Source: Candidatus Latescibacterota bacterium | Lineage (GTDB): Bacteria; Latescibacterota; UBA2968; UBA8231 | Reading direction: 5' to 3' | NCBI GenBank assembly: GCA_965208105.1 | Contig: OZ242318.1 | Span: 4,512,001-4,576,000 of the forward strand | DNA length: 64,000 nt | Made by a program: the position numbers and the translations under genes | In this document: one piece after another, positions 59,997-64,000 of the stretch | Layout of the letters: each line of letters opens with the position of its first letter | How positions within the stretch are numbered: the stretch's first letter is position 1 | The notes under the pieces: model-generated | Database searches by the model: none | Seen by the model: only the letters and a program-made list of their open reading frames with translations | What the model was told of the DNA's origin: nothing

Positions 59997-60497
59997 ATGC
60001 CCCTGAAAAACAGGATTCTCGGCCTCGGAGACCCGGCCCCTCTTTTCACCCTTCCGTCGCACCAGGGAGGCGACGTGTCGCTGGCATCCTATCGCGGCAG
60101 GGAGCACGTCGTCCTGACCTTTCTGCGCACGACATGGTGACCCAACAGCCGTCGCCAGTTGGCGACCCTCCAGGAAAGTCTGGGCACCTTCGCCGAATGG
60201 AGCGCCACCCCTCTGGCCGTATCGGTGCAGTATCCGGAGAAGCTGCGCCTCTACGCCGAACGCAGGGGCATCGCCTTCCCCCTTCTGATGGACGAGAAGC
60301 GGAGCGTCATCAAAAGCTATGGAGTATACCACAGGCTCGGCCTGTTGCCTTACAACCCCGCTTACAATATGGCCCGTCCCTCGACCTTCATCGTCGACAA
60401 GCTCGGCACAATCAGATATATGTATATCGGCTCGGACCAGTTCGATCTGGCCAGACAGGAAGAAATCATCGGATGCCTGAAGCTGCTGGGGCCGTGA
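59997..60497 (+). CDS. Peroxiredoxin-like (AhpC/TSA) selenoprotein; Sec encoded by TGA 60138-60140
   Basis: GDPAPLFTL..VSLASYRG..VVLTFLRTTW-U-PNS continues in frame into FPLLMD..YGV..RPSTFIVD..G.IRY; hairpin 10 nt after the TGA. Confidence 0.85.
60151..60166 (+). promoter_or_regulatory. Putative bacterial SECIS element
   Basis: GTCGCC-AGTT-GGCGAC hairpin with loop G, 10 nt downstream of the in-frame TGA. Confidence 0.65.
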
Positions 60498-60551
60498 GGC
60501 CCTGGTGAGCGGCTTCACCGCCGCGACCAATCTCTAAGACCGGAGAAATTC

Positions 60552-61373
60552 ATGGCCCCTGCCCCATCTCTCTCACGGACCGCGCTCCCGTTTCTCACGC
60601 CCATAGTCCTCGTCTGGCTCGGTGTCGCCGCAGTTCCTCCGGACGCCGGCGCCGGACCCGAGGAAACCGGACTGGAAATCGCCCGGGATGCCCGCGCACT
60701 CGAGGAAGGCTTCGGCAACTTCACCGCCAGTCAGACCATGGTGCTGCGCAACAAGCATGGTCAGGAGAGCCGCCGCCAGCTCCAGGTAAAGGTCCTCGAG
60801 GTCGCGGGCGGAGGCGACAAGAGCCTGTTCGTGTTCGACCAGCCGCGCGACGTCCAGGGTACGGCGTTGCTCGTTCACGCGCATCGCGAGAGCGCCGACG
60901 ATCAGTGGCTCTTTTTGCCAGCTCTGAAGCGGGTGAAGCGCATCAGCTCGGCGAACCGCTCCGGCTCCTTCATGGGAAGCGAGTTCGCCTATGAAGACAT
61001 GACCGCCCAGGAGGTGGAGAAATTCACGTACCGTTACCTGCGCGACGAGCCCTGCGGCGATTTGACCTGCACCGTCACCGATCGGTTCCCGGTGGACAAG
61101 AAGTCCGGCTACAGCCGCCAGACTGTGTGGCGCGACAGGGACGATCTGCGCGTCTGGAAGGTGCATTACTACGACCGCAAGGACGCCCACCTGAAGACCC
61201 TTACCCTGGAGGACTACGAGCAGTACCTGGGCAGATACTGGCGCGCCCTGACCATGACCATGGAGAACCATTTGACCGGGAAGAGCACTGTTCTTACCTG
61301 GACCGATTTTCAGTTCCGGACCGATCTCGACGAACGCGATTTCACCCGCACGGGACTGAAACGGGCGCGTTGA
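60552..61373 (+). CDS. Outer-membrane lipoprotein-sorting protein (LolA-like)
   Basis: PRDVQGTALL, DDQWLFLPALKRVKRI, SFMGSEFAYED, MENHLTGKST. Confidence 0.9.
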   Translation: MAPAPSLSRTALPFLTPIVLVWLGVAAVPPDAGAGPEETGLEIARDARALEEGFGNFTASQTMVLRNKHGQESRRQLQVKVLEVAGGGDKSLFVFDQPRDVQGTALLVHAHRESADDQWLFLPALKRVKRISSANRSGSFMGSEFAYEDMTAQEVEKFTYRYLRDEPCGDLTCTVTDRFPVDKKSGYSRQTVWRDRDDLRVWKVHYYDRKDAHLKTLTLEDYEQYLGRYWRALTMTMENHLTGKSTVLTWTDFQFRTDLDERDFTRTGLKRAR

Positions 61374-62629
61374 TGCAGCTCCGCGCAAATCTTCTCTCTA
61401 CGGCCCTGGGAACCCTCTGGATTTTATTCGGGGCCATGCAGGCAGGCGCCGGAGCAGGGATCGACGCCGACTTCAGCGGGCGCCTGAACCTGGAAAGCCG
61501 GTGGTTCCCCGAAGCCGGGGCGCACTCCGGCCAGGGCTCCTACAGCGTCGGCCTCGTGGCGGCGCCGGAAATTTATCTCGCCGGCGCGGGTGGCGGAAGC
61601 CTCACCATGGCGCCATTCCTGCGCTACGACAGCGCCGACCGGCGCCGTACCCATGCCGACCTGCGCGAAGCCTACGTTCTCCTGTTCGGCGCCATCGGCG
61701 AGGGCGAATGGGAGTTGCGCCTGGGCATGGAGCAGGTGTTCTGGGGCGTCGCGGAATCGCAGCACCTGGTCGATATCGTCAACCAGGTCGACCTGGTGGA
61801 ACACCCCGGCGGGGAGGCCAAGCTGGGCCAGCCCATGGTCCATTGCACCTGGTCGGCAACCTGGGGCATTGTGGAACTCCTGGCCTTGCCCTATCACCGC
61901 AAACGCACCTTTCCAGGCCGCTCCGGGCGCCTGCGGCTGCCCCTGGTGATAGACGATCGCAAGGTCGAGTACGAAAGCGAGGACGAAGAGCGGAACCTGG
62001 ATCTCGCCGTCCGCTACAGTCACAGCTTCGCCTCCCTCGACCTGGGCATCAGCGCATTCGACGGTACCAGCAGGGAGCCTTCTTTGCAGCTGGTCCCGGG
62101 CGGCGTTCCTTCCCTGCGGCAGCACTATGCCCAGATCAGCCAGTACGGACTCGACGCCCAGCTCACTGCCGGACCCTGGTTGCTGAAGCTCGAGGCCATT
62201 CGCCGCAGCGGCGCTCCCAACCTGTCGGGCAGGGAGGAGGACTACCTGGCCTCGGTAATCGGCGCCGAGTACTCTTTTTACTCGGCATTCGGCACTGCTG
62301 CCGATCTCAGCCTGCTGGGCGAGTGGAATTACGATGGCCGCGGCCGCAAGGCGACGCCGAGCCGCTCTCCCAATACCCTCGAGAACGATTACTTCCTCGC
62401 CGCCCGCCTGGCTTTCAACGACGTCCACGGCAGCGAATTTATCGCCAGCTTTCTGGGAGACGCCGGCCGCGGCACGCGAACGCTGGTCCTGGAACTGGAC
62501 CGGCGAATCCCCGGCGGCGTATCGATAAACCTGGAGTCGATCCACCTCCTCGGCATCGACGAGGCGGACCTGCACTACGCGACCCGCAAGGACAGCTTCA
62601 TCGACCTGGTTCTGAGGTATAGTTTCTAG
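61373..62629 (+). CDS. Outer-membrane beta-barrel hypothetical protein
   Basis: Signal peptide, DLREAY, VFWGVAES..LVD.VNQ, C-terminal LRYSF; typical partner of the MMPL and LolA-like genes. Confidence 0.8.
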   Translation: MQLRANLLSTALGTLWILFGAMQAGAGAGIDADFSGRLNLESRWFPEAGAHSGQGSYSVGLVAAPEIYLAGAGGGSLTMAPFLRYDSADRRRTHADLREAYVLLFGAIGEGEWELRLGMEQVFWGVAESQHLVDIVNQVDLVEHPGGEAKLGQPMVHCTWSATWGIVELLALPYHRKRTFPGRSGRLRLPLVIDDRKVEYESEDEERNLDLAVRYSHSFASLDLGISAFDGTSREPSLQLVPGGVPSLRQHYAQISQYGLDAQLTAGPWLLKLEAIRRSGAPNLSGREEDYLASVIGAEYSFYSAFGTAADLSLLGEWNYDGRGRKATPSRSPNTLENDYFLAARLAFNDVHGSEFIASFLGDAGRGTRTLVLELDRRIPGGVSINLESIHLLGIDEADLHYATRKDSFIDLVLRYSF

Positions 62630-62793
62630 TGTCCCGTCGCAGAAATATGTCGCCATTATTCCGCCGCTCCATCCCGGCTCACGGCGTTGCCTTCACTCGC
62701 CGTACACCACTGGTACGACTCGCTCAGGCGCCTTGTGAGCCGGGCGCCTCGGCGGCCCAATTTCGTCAACCTATCTCTGCGACGGGACACTAG
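62626..62793. mobile_element. MITE copy 2, intact (168 bp including flanking CTAG)
   Basis: Perfect 18-bp terminal IR CTAGTGTCCCGTCGCAGA / TCTGCGACGGGACACTAG; no coding capacity; second copy at 19827-19992. Confidence 0.88.
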
Positions 62794-62855
62794 GCTGGTG
62801 GGTTCGCCTTCCCGCCGGTGTGGAGCCTGCCGGTTCCCGGACCGATGAGAGTTGG

Positions 62856-63851
62856 CTACTCCGGGGCGGCGATTTCGTGCAGGCCGGGGGGAAGGTTGAA
62901 GCGCACGTTCTCGGCGACGCCTTCCATGGTCGAGATCTCGAGGTCGACGTACTCGCGCAGGTTCTCGATCAACTCGTGGACCAGCTCCTCCGGGGTGGAG
63001 GCGCCGGTCGGTGATCGCCGTATGCTCTTCTTGCTCGTGGACCAGCCTCCGGGGTGGAGGCGGGGATCGATGCTCTTCTTGCCGTGCAGCCACCGGGGAT
63101 CGATCCGGGCGGGATCCTCGACCAGGTAGCTCGGCACGCCGCTGGCGTTGCTGACTTCGCAGAGTCGATTGGAATTCGAGCTGTTCTGAGCGCCCACCAC
63201 CAGCACCAGGTCCACCTGGGTGGCAAGGGCGCGCACGGCGGCCTGGCGGTTCTGGGTCGCGTAGCAGATGTCCTTGACGTCGGGGCCGTGGATGCGGGGA
63301 AAGCGGCGCCGCAGCGCCGAGATCACTTCCCGCGTATCGTCCACCGATAAGGTGGTCTGCGTGATATACGCGACCTTTTCGGGATCGCGCATCTCCAGAG
63401 CCTCCACGTCTTCCACCTCGCTGACCAGGAGAACCTCTCCCGGAATCTGACCCATGGTGCCTTCGACCTCGGGGTGGTCTTCGTGGCCGATCAGGATGAT
63501 GTCGTAGCCTTTGGCGGCGTAGCGCCGGCCTTCCTTGTGCACCTTGGAGACCAGGGGGCAGGTGGCATCGAGGGGTTGCAGGCTGCGCAGGGAGGCGTCC
63601 TGCTCGACTTTCTCGGACACCCCGTGGGCACTGAACACAGTGACAGCTCCGTCGGGAATCTGGTGGATCTGTTCCACGAAGCGGACGCCTTTTGCCTTCA
63701 GGTTTTCCACTACCCTGCGGTTGTGGACGATTTCGTGGCGCACGTAGATCGGTGGTCCGTAGCGCCGCAGCGCCGCTTCGACGATCTCGATTGCCCGTTC
63801 GACTCCGGCACAGAATCCGCGCGGCTGGGCTAAAACGACTCGCATGGTCAC
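62856..63851 (-). CDS. ispH: 4-hydroxy-3-methylbut-2-enyl diphosphate reductase (with internal duplication near C-terminus)
   Basis: [59 protein letters not shown]. Confidence 0.95.
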   Translation of the reverse strand: MTMRVVLAQPRGFCAGVERAIEIVEAALRRYGPPIYVRHEIVHNRRVVENLKAKGVRFVEQIHQIPDGAVTVFSAHGVSEKVEQDASLRSLQPLDATCPLVSKVHKEGRRYAAKGYDIILIGHEDHPEVEGTMGQIPGEVLLVSEVEDVEALEMRDPEKVAYITQTTLSVDDTREVISALRRRFPRIHGPDVKDICYATQNRQAAVRALATQVDLVLVVGAQNSSNSNRLCEVSNASGVPSYLVEDPARIDPRWLHGKKSIDPRLHPGGWSTSKKSIRRSPTGASTPEELVHELIENLREYVDLEISTMEGVAENVRFNLPPGLHEIAAPE

Positions 63852-63901
63852 TCTCCATTCCCGGTGGCTCGGCGCGTTTCAAATCGCAACGAGCCTCCCA
63901 T

Positions 63902-63931
63902 ACTCTAACACCTATTCCGTTCTGCTGTCAA
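63902..63931 (-). promoter_or_regulatory. Sigma70-like promoter of ispH
   Basis: TTGACA-18 bp-TAGAGT with extended TG. Confidence 0.55.
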
Positions 63932-64000
63932 TTGTGTGAGCACAGGCGCTCATCCACCCCTGCCCGGGGAAGACTTCTGGTGAGGATCTCGAAGAGGACC

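Noticed and set aside
59967-60530. 187-aa minus-strand ORF over the peroxiredoxin locus
   Set aside because: No recognisable motifs; the plus-strand Sec-containing frame explains the region and matches operon direction.

Overview
GC-rich, gene-dense bacterial window with about 45 CDSs and no rRNA, tRNA or CRISPR seen. The gene content (FlgD/T9SS-like-tailed secreted proteins, a DUF6785-type membrane protein, PhyH, Gfo/Idh/MocA, aldo-keto reductase and enolase-superfamily enzymes) suggests a diderm such as Latescibacterota or Poribacteria; this is inference only. Blocks in order: ATP-grasp/alpha-E/transglutaminase operon; TonB-ABC-RcnA-like metal operon; glycan genes and uvrA; an IS110-family (IS1111-type) element; metG; a catabolic cluster; large secreted proteins; valS; an oxygenase-MMPL-LolA-like-barrel operon; ispH. 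Main findings: (1) the IS1111-type recombinase is inserted inside the terminal repeat of a 168-bp MITE, an uninterrupted copy of that MITE lies at 62626-62793, and the IS non-coding end folds into a bridge-RNA-like internal loop whose two strands match the MITE end; (2) a selenoprotein missed by the ORF track (peroxiredoxin-like, U-P-N-S motif, SECIS-like hairpin) inside the MMPL operon; (3) two tandem leader-peptide/terminator units upstream of valS; (4) a promoter-preceded ~190-nt rod-like RNA upstream of metG. All calls are from reading motifs by eye; no searches were run.
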